DNA of 64,000 bases, from contig NC_043000.1 in assembly GCF_006345805.1 (NCBI RefSeq), forward strand, positions 98,828,001 to 98,892,000, given 5' to 3'. This DNA is from Octopus sinensis (Eukaryota). A program made the position numbers and the translations under genes. A model generated the notes under the pieces. It was not told where the DNA came from. It saw only the letters and a program-made list of their open reading frames with translations, and ran no database searches. Shown here piece after piece: positions 51,540-64,000 of the stretch (position 1 is the stretch's first letter; every line of letters begins with the position of its first letter).

Positions 51540-53129
51540 TATACTTATAAATAATAAGATATGCATGTGTTCATGCAACATGTTATAGCACAAAGAAATG
51601 TTTGAAGAAGAAGAATACTAAAGGCATATTGTGTTCTTTATCAATTCATTTTGATATTTGGTGATAACTTCGCGAACTGTTAGTGTGGATTTACTGTTTC
51701 TGATGTTCAAATAACTGAATAAAAAATAAATAATAATATCAGTTCAGATAGTGTTTCTACCCCAACACTCAGCAGAAATACTACAATATAATATTGGATT
51801 CAGAGTGAAACTTGAAAACGTGCATCACGTCTTCGCATTTTCAGATACGGGTAAAATGTATGGAAAAACATAGGGCTTATAATATATCGATGAAGTGGAA
51901 CAAAAAAAGAAACAAAAATATGAAAATTCTTCATCTTATAAAATATGTGTAATGACGATGTAATAAAACAATTATAAATTCATAAAATTATCGAAAATAT
52001 GCAAAAAGGTGAATTTATAAGATGATAAAAATGTATATTTTTAAAATCATGAATATGTATAAAATATAAAAAAGTAACTATAAAATTCAAAAAATATATA
52101 AATATACTAATTTATAAAATTATAAAAATATATAAAAATGTAAATTTCTAAAAATATACACATATATATAAGTGTAAATTTCTAAAATTATAAAAATATA
52201 TATGTAAATGTAAATAATGAAATCACGAAAATATATTATTTTCTTCTTCTTTTCTACATAGACACACACACACGTGCAAACACCCACGCACACACACATA
52301 CATACATGTACGCACATATACACACACACTCACACATCCATAAGTCTAAACACAAACACCCAGGTCAGTGATTAAATAAAGTCCATTGGAATGTAAGACT
52401 GATAGCAAGTTATATATTTTTAAAAATACAAGATAGAATAAAGATAACTTTATTATCTATGTTACTTTCTTTCGACACGTGAGCTAATTTAACTTCTTCA
52501 TGATCCTTCACACATGAAGCTTAACTCACTGTTCCACTACTTTACCGTAGTTTAAATCATTCTTTATCATTCTTGCACAATTTTTTATTTACTTATTTAC
52601 TTATTAGGTACGAAACATTCTCTTCGTCCAACATTCGAGCAAGTTTTAGTTATTCATTGAGCAAACACCCGAGTGAAGCAATATGGAAGTATGAGAAAGC
52701 ATGCGTATGAGTGCTTATATACGTGTGCAAAGAGCAGAAGTGTGAGTGTGAAGGCAGGGATTGTGTATTTTTATAAATTTATAAATATATTTATTTCTGT
52801 GCTATAAGCTAGATTTCTATCTTAACAGAATTTTATTACACAAAATTTTATTTTTAAGGAAACATATTTCATATGCTTTTACACAACAAAGCAAAAGTTT
52901 ATTTTATACTGAAGCGCTTATATGTAGAGTACAGGAATGTGGTAGTCTGACCCAACACTCATTTTTATGCATAGTATATGCTCGGATATTATTAGAATAT
53001 TCACTGGTGCCTAAAGATTCCATGTTATACACAAACGTACACATATATAAGTATAGGCATGCGTGCACGTACGATTCCTATATATATATTAATAAATATA
53101 TATTATAATATATATATATTATATATATA

Positions 53130-53167
<38 letters not shown>

Positions 53168-53169
<2 letters not shown>

Positions 53170-53331
53170 CGGGAAGCTTTATGAAAATAGACAAAGACGA
53201 AGGCAGGTGGAAAACAAACAAACAATTGTATTAGTATGGCGCTCAGGAAATATAAATAAAACAAGTCTTTAACGTTTCGAGCCTACGCTCTTCAACAGAA
53301 AGATACACAGAGAGAAAAAAAACACAGAAAA
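53168..53331 (-). mobile_element. PLE terminal-repeat fragment related to P1, between (TA)n tracts
   Basis: HHR-like motif at 53266-53303: UCUUU-CUGUUGA-A-GAGC/GUAG/GCUC-GAAAC-GUU-AAAGA (A6 mutated). Confidence 0.75.
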
Positions 53332-53391
53332 TATATATATGTATGTATATATATATATTATATATATATATATAATATATTATATATATAT

Positions 53392-53455
<64 letters not shown>

Positions 53456-53456
53456 G

Positions 53457-53491
<35 letters not shown>

Positions 53492-53502
53492 ATATATAAT
53501 AT

Positions 53503-53538
<36 letters not shown>

Positions 53539-53769
53539 AGCGTGCGTATTGTGAAAAGATTATATGGTTAATGGACAATTTGTCCATTTTTTCGGCATAT
53601 TTGGCATTAGAAACTTTTTCGTTTGCCCTTATTTATGAATTGTTTATAATTTTAACCTTTAAAGGTATTTTTTAATATGTTGGCCATTGATAAAATTTTT
53701 GGGGAAAAGAATTTTTTTCGAAAAAATTTTATCCTACATTAGATATATATATACATATATATATGTATG

Positions 53770-53831
<62 letters not shown>

Positions 53832-53844
53832 TGTTGTATGTATG

Positions 53845-53879
<35 letters not shown>

Positions 53880-54347
53880 GAAAAAACAAGTCAAAAATAG
53901 AAAATGCTAAAATAATTTTATAGTGAACATTTCAGTACCGGTTTTTCATTTCGGTCATTTTGACCCTTTCAACTGTAACGATTAAATAATTAAATTTAGA
54001 AAATTAGAAGAAAAGTTTTTTTAAAAGAATATTTCTATAGTAGTGTTCAGATTTAAGTGGCATTCTGCCTTTCTCTGACTCCCTTGTTTGCACTTGTGTG
54101 TCGGAGGTCGTTGACACAACGACCTCCGACACACAAGTGCAAACAAGGGAGTCAGAGAAAGGCAGAATGCCACTTAAATCTGAACACTACTATAGAAATA
54201 TTCTTTTAAAAAAAACTTTTCTTCTAATTTTTCTAAATTTAATTATTTAATCGTTACAGTTGAAAAGGTCTCAAAATGACCGAAACCGGTACTGAAATGT
54301 TCACTATAAAATTATTTTAGCATTTTCTATTTTTGACTTGTTTTTTC
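53880..54347. mobile_element. Full fold-back of P4-family terminal repeat
   Basis: Arms ~233 bp with a 3-nt loop at 54114-54116. (TA)n on both sides. Confidence 0.93.
54257..54294 (+). ncRNA. Minimal hammerhead motif with U3:A8 core variant (P4 family)
   Basis: CAG-UUGAAAA-GGUC/UCAAAAU/GACC-GAAA-CCGG-UA|CUG. Identical to 27437-27474 (-). Confidence 0.6.
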
Positions 54348-54569
54348 ATATATATCAACTCGTGTTGTTCCTTTTCACCCTTATACATATATAATATATA
54401 TATATATATATATACATATATATGTATGTATGTATATATATATATAATATATATATAATATATATATTATATATATATATGATAGACTTCAGTGGTTATA
54501 TTGTCTAACAGCATCACAAGAAAAGTTACATTCTGTTGCACAATTTAGCTGCGCTCTACACAATTCAAT

Positions 54570-54800
54570 GTCGTTAGTAAAGTATAAGAGAAAGAGTACA
54601 TCTATAGACCATTGATTACGAGTTTGCTAACCCAGTGCCCAGGATACGATTTCAGATTCATACCTATTATTAGTGAAGTAACAGGTTACATACATACCCG
54701 TTTGGGGCAAAGTATGAGTGAAGAGCGCAACATTCTTACTTCATACGCTACAAATGATCACGATATTTGGGAAAAATGGAAATCGGCAAGACCTTAACAT
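54570..54800 (+). mobile_element. Possible R4/Dong-like C-terminal endonuclease remnant
   Basis: PGYDFRFIPIISEVTGYI resembles PxYxFxFIPIIxGxxGxI. Confidence 0.4.
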
Positions 54801-55389
54801 TTAAAGAATGATCTAAACAAAACAAGATGTTTTCCTTTACAACCTTGCTACCATGTATGTAGCCGGTCAAACTTTACTCTAAACTAAAAAAAAAAAGAAC
54901 GCATACGTACATACATATGTATATACATGCATGCATGCATACATAAATCTGAAGATCAGTGGTACAGAGAAAACATATGCTGGGCTATTGAGAAATCTGC
55001 AGTTACCCTATCTAGATTACAAGTTCAGGTTTATATCTGTAATTATTGCGGCACTGGGACATTTAACACACTGCCTAAATACCAAGTTTGAGAAATTAGG
55101 CTTTTGAAAACCAGAAAATAAAAAGCTGATTCAAGGATTACAGATCCAATCTATCGCTCGAACTGTAAAAATCGGTAACACGTTCCAGAAATTTATCGTT
55201 TAAATATATATGAGCATATCTAGATATGCAACAATATGCATGAGAATACATACATACATACATACAACATATATATAATATATATATATATATATTATAT
55301 ATATATATTATATACAAACATACATACACAACATACATACATACATACATACATACATACATACATGCATACATACATATATATATTCA

Positions 55390-55420
<31 letters not shown>

Positions 55421-55439
55421 GTATGAGTGCATGATTTCT

Positions 55440-55625
55440 ATTATTCTTTTACTATTTTCATTCAATGGATCTTGGCCATGCTGCAGCCCCACCAATAGTC
55501 GAACAAACCGACCCCAGTACTTATTCTTTGTAAACCTAGTACTTATTCTATCGGTCTCTTTTGCCGAACTGCTAGTTGTGGAGACATAAACACATCAGCA
55601 TCGGTTGTCAAGGCGAACACAGACA
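55440..55625 (-). mobile_element. SINE family A 3' half
   Basis: gaccccagtacttattctttgtaaacctagtacttattctatcggtctcttttgccgaac. Confidence 0.8.
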
Positions 55626-55769
55626 CACACTTATGTAAGTATATGAGTATATCTGCATGTGCCTGTTTATGTGCGTGCGTGTGTTTATATGTGTATACAT
55701 GTATGTGTGTGCATGCGCATGTGTGTGTGTGCCTGTGTGCGTGTTTACACACAAACCGACATTACATCA

Positions 55770-56088
55770 TTTACGATGACGAATGTTCTAGGTCATCTCA
55801 TGTAAATGATCCCATCAGCCTGCTCCTGAAATTAATTTGCAAGTGGTTGACCACTCCCTAAACACGTGTACTCTTAACTTAGTATTCAGAGATATCCAGT
55901 GCTACACAGAATGTAACATGACTGTCGATTTGAATTACATGTACAACTCATGTTTGCCAGCCGAGTGCACTAGTGCATCATGAAATGAAGGGTCTTGCAC
56001 AACGACGCAAGGCACCGCCAGGAATCGAACGTACAACCTTATCATCGTGAACCGAATACTCTAACCATTGAGCCACGCACCTTCACCT
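55770..56088 (-). mobile_element. tRNA-derived SINE family C
   Basis: Reverse complement has TGGCTCAATGG (A-box) and GTTCGATTCC (B-box), then gcaagacccttcatttc. Confidence 0.7.
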
Positions 56089-56638
56089 GATTATACATAA
56101 AAATTCACGTACACACATATTTTTAAATGCGCATTATGTGCATGATATATTTGGTATATGAGGATGTAAAAGCAAATACATATAAGCTGTCATTCGCACA
56201 AAGAAATATTGATATTCATTTCGTTTTTCCCTTTTTCTTTAATCTACAGCCTACAATATATTCACATTTTTTTCAGTCAAGCCTGTGTGATATCTATGTA
56301 TGCTGATACGCATCTCTTTATCCAAGTATCTATGCGGTCCTATATATGTATTTTAATGTACATTTTGTTATTTATAAACATTTTTATATATCTTTATAAT
56401 AATCTATTCATATATACTTTTTGTATGGCAATACGCTCCTCTCTATTATGTTGTCTTTTTTCAGCATATTGTGTACAAATATGCTCACTTTCCTGCTTTT
56501 TATCTCTCAGAAGATGCATGTGCTCTTACGCTTCAAGTGACATACATAAACACATGCAAACGCATATGCATATATACGTATATATATGTATATTCGTATG
56601 GATGCATACGTATATATATGCATATATATATATCTATA

Positions 56639-56687
<49 letters not shown>

Positions 56688-57215
56688 TATATATGCATGT
56701 ATGTATGTATGACACCCTGTATTTATATATGTATATATATGTATATATGTTTACACACACACACACACACACATATATGTACAACACACAAATATGTATG
56801 CATTCAATTGTTCATTCAACTGTTCGGCTATCGATTTATCTGTTAAACTGATGTAGATAGACAATCCCATTACACACATACATGCATACATAAGTACATA
56901 ATGCATATATATATATATATAATATATTACTAATAAAAGGGTAAACATTAATTAATTAATTAATTAATCAATTAATTAATAATTAATAATTTTACAAAGT
57001 ATATCGGTACGTTAAAATAAACTTTTTAGGTAAAATTATACAAATATTCCATAATTATAAACATAATTATAATTAGGGTTCAGCTAATTATGTTTATAAT
57101 TATAGAATATTTATATACATACATAAGTACATACATGCTAATATATATATAATATATATATAATATATATATATACCTACATATATACATATATATATAT
57201 ATATATTATATATAT

Positions 57216-58139
57216 ATAATTTCAACAATTGAGGGTAAAATTAATTAATTAATCAATTTCACCAAGTATTCAGTATGCAAAGGGACCATTTAAGGCGAAT
57301 TCAAATTATTACATTATATAAAAGGGCTTAGTAAAATAAATTACTTTGCCGCATACTGAACTCATTAGAAATAGCAGCTAAAAAACTTTTTTAAAAACTA
57401 TTTCTAATACTTAAAGAAAACCTCTCTCATATAGTGTTTGCTCAATTCAACTCACGCAAATATGGGGGTAGAGACATTAAAAAATCAAGTGCAAAGGTTA
57501 TTTGAGAACGTACGTTTCAAGATTATTTCTAATGAGTTCAGTATGCGGCAAAGTAATTTATTTTACTAAGCCCTTTTATATAATGTAATAATTTGAATTC
57601 GCCTTAAATGGTCCCTTTGCATACTGAATACTTGGTGAAATTGATTAATTAATTAATTTTACCCTCAATTGTTGAAATTATAATTCATCTCTCTCTATAT
57701 AATGCCGCGGACTTTACCGGAAAAAGCATAGTGTTTACTGATTTTAACCCACGCTGGTGGAAAGGGGAGAGCAGAAATTCTTCGCTTGCATTTTTGGGTT
57801 TGTTGGCACTGTTAGTTGGGAGCAGATCTTCAGAAGCGAGAGGAAGCCGAAAGGGTATGCTCCCACTTTCAGTGTTTTCAAATCCAAACCAGGGAGTTCT
57901 GAGCTGTGATAGAAATGTCGTGTTGACTAATCTTGAAACGTACGTTCTCAAATAACCTTTGCACTTGATTTTTTAATGTCTCTACCCCCATATTTGCGTG
58001 AGTTGAATTGAGCAAACACTATATGAGAGAGGTTTCTTTAAGTATTAGAAATAGTTTTAAAAAAGTTTTTTAGCTGCTATTTCTAATGAGTTCAGTATGC
58101 GGCAAAGTAATTTATTTTACTAAGCCCTTTTATATAATG

Positions 58140-58143
<4 letters not shown>
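57216..58143. mobile_element. Compound inverted plus partially tandem terminal repeats (family P7), PLE-like architecture
   Basis: 57216-57373 mirrors 57524-57681. 57929-58143 is the reverse complement of ~57290-57523. TA tracts at both ends. A related start gggtaaa.attaattaatt occurs at ~56935. Confidence 0.85.
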
Positions 58144-58181
<38 letters not shown>

Positions 58182-58522
58182 CAACATACATACATATATA
58201 TATATATATAAGTATATTTACACGATTATATATGTATATATTTATTCATATTCATATCTATATTGCTATGCCCATAGGCTTATGCGCAACCAAGCACTCA
58301 CACACACAGACGCATACAGACACACACACCAGATAAACACATACAGTCACGCACAAACACACACATACACATGCACACTTACTGGAATAGTTATACGTCC
58401 ATACATAGGAAATAATAAAAGATATGAGCAATTGAATATAATCATAATATAATCATTATATAATCATTTAATGATATATACTAACGAATGATATAAAATG
58501 ATAAAAGAAATATATTTATATA

Positions 58523-58912
58523 GGCGCAGGAGTGGCTGTGTGGTAAGTAGCTTGCTAACCAGCCACATGGTTCTGGTTTCAGTCCCACTGCGTGGCATCT
58601 TGGGCAAGTGTCTTCTGCTATAGCCCCGGGCCGTCCAATGCCTTGTGAGTGGATTTGGTAGACGGAAACTGAAAGAAGCCTGTCGTATATATGTATATAT
58701 ATATATGTATGTGTGTGTTTGTGTGTCTGTGTTTGTCCCCCTGGCATTGCCTGACAACCGATGCTGGTGTGTTTACGTCCCCGTCACTTAGCGGTTCGGC
58801 AAAAGAGCCCGATAGAATAAGTTCCGGGGTCGATTTGCTCTATTAAAGGCGGTGCTCCAGCATGGCCGCAGTCAAATAACTGAAACAAGTAAAAGAGTAA
58901 AAGAGAAAAGAG
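58523..58912 (+). mobile_element. SINE family A, full length
   Basis: ggcgcaggagTGGCTGTGTGGtaag...GGTTTCAGTCCC..., internal TA/TG tract, (gtaaaaga)n tail. Confidence 0.92.
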
Positions 58913-59174
58913 TATATATATAAATATGCAAGATACGTTACATAATATGCACAATACAAAATACTGCAGACGCACGTATACAAACACACATATGCACGCA
59001 CGCACGCATACATACACACACATACACTCATATATGTCTGTATGCCTCATATATAGTATTTATATTATTAGAATATACAATTAGATGCATATATGCATAT
59101 ATATAGATATAGATATAAATATATATTCATATATACATATATATGTAAATAGATACACACACATACATACACGC

Positions 59175-59218
<44 letters not shown>

Positions 59219-59220
<2 letters not shown>

Positions 59221-59366
59221 ATATAACGTAATGTAGAATATTTAAAAAATGATGAAGTAATAAAATATCTTCGAAGATTGCTATATATATATATATATAT
59301 ATAAAATATAACATAATGTAGAATATTTAAAATGATGAAGTAATAAAATATCTTCGAAGATTGCTA
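59219..59366. repeat. ~65-bp tandem duplication separated by (TA)n
   Basis: taatgtagaatatttaaaa.tgatgaagtaataaaatatcttcgaagattgcta x2. Confidence 0.9.
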
Positions 59367-59639
59367 CATGAAATTATAAATAAGAAACGTTTCTAATGAA
59401 AGAGATAAAATAGGGTATGCAATGAAAAAATATATGAAACACACTCACATATGCATAAAAATAAACAGAGAGAAACAATAAAAATATTCGGATAATTATC
59501 CTTGAATGTATTTGTTATTTTTATAGTATTAGAAGTGTTAGAATTGTTATATTGTTAACTTAGTTATGGAGACACTTTCAATATGCACAAACGTAGCTAT
59601 GCGTAATGAAGCCGTATAGTCCCACGTGTTTGTCATAGA

Positions 59640-59860
59640 ATATTGGTTTCAAATTTTGGCTCAAGCACTGCAAGCTCCTGTGTGGGAGTAAGACGATTTC
59701 ATCGACCCCAGTGCTGAACTGGTACTTATTTTATCGAGCCCGAAGGATGAAAGGCAAACTCATCTTGACGTATTTTGTACCCAGAACTTAAAGATGGACG
59801 AAATACCGTTAAGCATTTTTCCCGTTTTTGCTAACGATACTACTAGCTCGCCACCCTAGT
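59640..59860 (-). mobile_element. SINE family B
   Basis: atcgaccccagtgctgaactggtacttattttatcgagcccgaaggatgaaaggcaaa. Confidence 0.8.
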
Positions 59861-59901
59861 TTGTTATAAAATATTAATTTTCAATTAAGGAATATATGCG
59901 T

Positions 59902-59939
<38 letters not shown>

Positions 59940-61619
59940 ACACACGCACTTATACACCTACACATAAATTATACAAGTATGTATATATATGTATTTACAT
60001 ATGTGTACATGTGTGTGTGTCTGTGTGTATACATACACGAAAGAAATGTTTGAAGCGGTTATTTTCTTATTAGTCAAAAAGGAATATTCAAATATGATTC
60101 AGGAAACATTTAAAACACTGTAAAACGTCTGAGATAATTTTGGAGGCGCTGAAAACACATCTAGCATTGTGTTTTCTAGCAACTGTCAAAATTTGGGTGG
60201 CTTGGAAACTTATATAAACTTGAAAGACCACAATAATAACCTTTTCATGAATGCCACGTGTGAACTAGTAAATTCAGCAAAGAGTGAAATACGAAAATTT
60301 AGAAAACTTATTTTACATTTCATTAATCAAAAAGAATCCAAGCTACTGGTCTTCTTTTATCAAATAATAGCGCACCAGTAATCATGTTGATTTATAAAAT
60401 ATAGAATAACCAAACTTAACCTAGTTTTCTATAAGTGAGTTTTACCATTTTATTACAATTGCGTCGAAAATCTTTAGCTGTAGCTAGTTTATTGCTGTAG
60501 GTATTTGACAGCGTGGATGCTTGAGAGAGATTAATTCTTTATATACTAGACTAGCTAAAACGAAAATCTCATTTAGAATTAAGCCTGTATAGAGAAGATA
60601 GTCGGATCATATTTTCACTCTCTAATGACAATCGACTAGATATATTCAAAGAAGACTTAATACGTACATTGAGAGAATTTAGCCCCACATCACTAATATT
60701 AATATTTTTAATACTTTTATCACCAATTCAAAGCTAAACAAAGCAAATATTCTCTATACTGAAAACCGAATGAAGGGCCCCATATTTAAATGAGCGAGCC
60801 AGTTATGTTCCCGTAGTATTGTAATATCTTGTTCGCAACAATCAGCAGCTGGATTTCCAGTATGCTGTTTGCTGTGGAATCCTTCAATAGTGACTCGCTA
60901 ACAAAACCGCTAGAGCGCCAGAGATATTCCTGTGCACATTTAGATATAATCTTTTACGTTTCGTGGTGAAATTCAGCCGAGGTTCACTTTGCCTGTTCTG
61001 GGGTAGAAAAAATATAATGCCATATATATATATATATATAGTCTATAACATCGACTATTATATCTCCCGACCACCAAAGTTTTGGCTTTGCAAATAAGCT
61101 ATGCATTATAGCCACTGTATTTAGAAACAAAATATGAATTACACAGCATAATAAAATGATATGTAAATTCGCATTGTTAGATAACTAGTCCAGTTCATCA
61201 GGTGATGTTCTACCGAACATATATATATAATGTGATAATGTGTATATGTGTGTGTGTCTGTGTTTGTGACTGTGTGTGTGTATATGTGTGTGTGTGTTTT
61301 TGGTGTACATCGATTACAAGAGATGTACCAGTATCTTAAGAAAATAAACTTATGAACATGTTACAAAACAACTCTAATATTTTCCATTCAGAAAAGATTT
61401 TTACTTAATGTTTTATATTCGTTATGTATTTTATGAATACTAAATAATATATTTTATGACTGATTTCATGTCTCCTGAAATTTGCGCTATATTCTGTATA
61501 CTGTGTGGTATGATTATGTATATATATATATATGGGCGTATATACATTCATACATACACTCATATATTTATGTCTCTCACTCTTTCCCTCTCTCTCTCCC
61601 TCTCGATATATATATATAT

Positions 61620-62038
61620 GCCACACAAACAGGAGAACCCAGTCATGGCTGTCAGACAATTTCTACGACCACATCACCCCTAACATCTGACTACCTCACT
61701 CCCCAGACTAGAACCAACTTGATTATTATATATTGTGCGCAGTTGAGCGAGAGACCGACGAAACTCCTTGCAACACAAAAGATGAACTGAAAGCAAGGAT
61801 AATGGCAGCATTCACCAACTTAAACAAGGAGACCGTCCAGAAGAGTTGCAAGAGATTCTGAAATAGTCTGGAGGCTGTGGTTGAAGCCAATGGCGATTTT
61901 ATTGAATAAATTTACTCTTTAGTAAATTACATCAAAAGATATTTTGATGTAATTTTGGTAAATGTATCAGTTAAAATGAGATGTCAGTGTTATTTTCAAT
62001 TTCGCGTAGTTTAGACGACAATATATTCGCCGCACCCT
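61620..62038 (+). mobile_element. Tc1/mariner transposase C-terminal remnant with right end
   Basis: TQSWLSDNFYDHITPNI.. and TPCNTKDELKARIMAAFTNLNKETVQKSCKRF*NSLEAVVEANGDFIE. The terminus matches 29228-29390. Confidence 0.85.
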
Positions 62039-62091
62039 TTCTCTCTCTCCCTCCCACTCCATCCTTCTCTCTCCCTCTCTCTCTCTCTGTG

Positions 62092-62967
<876 letters not shown>

Positions 62968-63709
62968 TTATATGTGATTACCCCTACCTCTAAGTCTCGT
63001 ACCAGCCACTTCGTCGGGTACTTCTGCCTCTGTATGTTACCCTTTCCGATCTTTCGCATCTTTGAGTTTTTACTGAAGCAGTAAGATCAACAGTTATTCC
63101 AGGGGAAAATCATCCCCATCATCGGAGGTCCTGACGTAATGGCTCTCCTCACAAATCATTCCTGCATTCCCAACCATAAAGCGGACAAATACAACTCATC
63201 ACCAACTACGGTTTTGCTGATGTCTACATTAGCGGTGATATTTTATAAGATTTTTCATAAAACGAAATCAGTGAATGGCAAATTCAGTGGATCGTAATGC
63301 TTTGAATTTCACATTCCTAAAATATATTCTTTAAAAATAGAAAGAAGTATACGTGAACGTACTCTTTCGTATAACATGAATAAATTATGGAGAGGCGAGC
63401 GGGCATGTAAAAAGGGGTGCGAGGAATTGAATAATTCCTTTGGAGAAAATAGAATGCGAGAGGGATGGAGGGAGAGAGAGAGGCGATGACTGAGTGAATG
63501 AGTGAGAGTGTGAAAGAACAAATGAGTGAGTGAGTGAGTCAGTGAGCGTATGAGTGAATAAGTCAGAGTGTCTGAGGGTATGATGGGGGGTAGCTACATG
63601 AATAATGTGCTGTATGCGTAAGCTTCTAGTTTCTACTAATAATCACATATACACTCATTTCCAAAGACACACACCCACACACACACGCTCACAAGCGCAC
63701 GCACACACA

Positions 63710-63752
<43 letters not shown>

Positions 63753-64000
63753 GAAGTGGCTATCAGGGCACAGAGTATCTGGAGTCAATATTGATATATA
63801 TATGTGCAGAACATTAACTATGGTGTTGGAGCTAACGCTCAATATACAACTACCTGGAAAAGTCATATGCACACCATACTAAAATAATATAGGAAAACTG
63901 TTTTTCAGAAAGCATTAAGGGAGCTTCCGACACTCGGGAAAATTTCTTGAAACATGAGGATAGGAATCTAAATTTAAATGAAACGATATGACAGAATGAC

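Noticed and set aside
60100-60400. hAT transposase remnant
   Set aside because: Only a vague resemblance (..ELVNSAKS) and the catalytic motifs are not recognisable

Overview
AT-rich, repeat-dense eukaryotic DNA; from its SINE, LINE and microsatellite content it is most likely an octopus/coleoid cephalopod genome (recalled repeat families, not a database search). There is no intact protein-coding gene, tRNA, rRNA or CRISPR array. Most ORF-track entries are translations of (CA)n, (TA)n, (TATC)n, (AAT)n or (GAT)n repeats. The window holds many tRNA-derived SINE copies of at least four families and decayed hAT, mariner/Tc1, CR1-like, RTE and R4/Dong-like remnants. The main theme is Penelope-like elements (PLEs). 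These include one 5'-truncated RT + GIY-YIG copy (44972-46880), several older ORF remnants, and many short terminal-repeat copies next to (TA)n tracts. By eye, the terminal repeats carry minimal type-I hammerhead ribozyme (HHR) folds of at least six sequence families. One family has a compensated U3:A8 core, and one sits downstream of a tRNA-like Pol III head. Many copies form near-perfect fold-back palindromes whose two arms share locus-specific variants. A weak, phase-compatible set of minus-strand exons (49422-49442, 46881-47050, 33462-33489) may belong to an unidentified host gene. All folds and alignments were done by eye and need computational confirmation.
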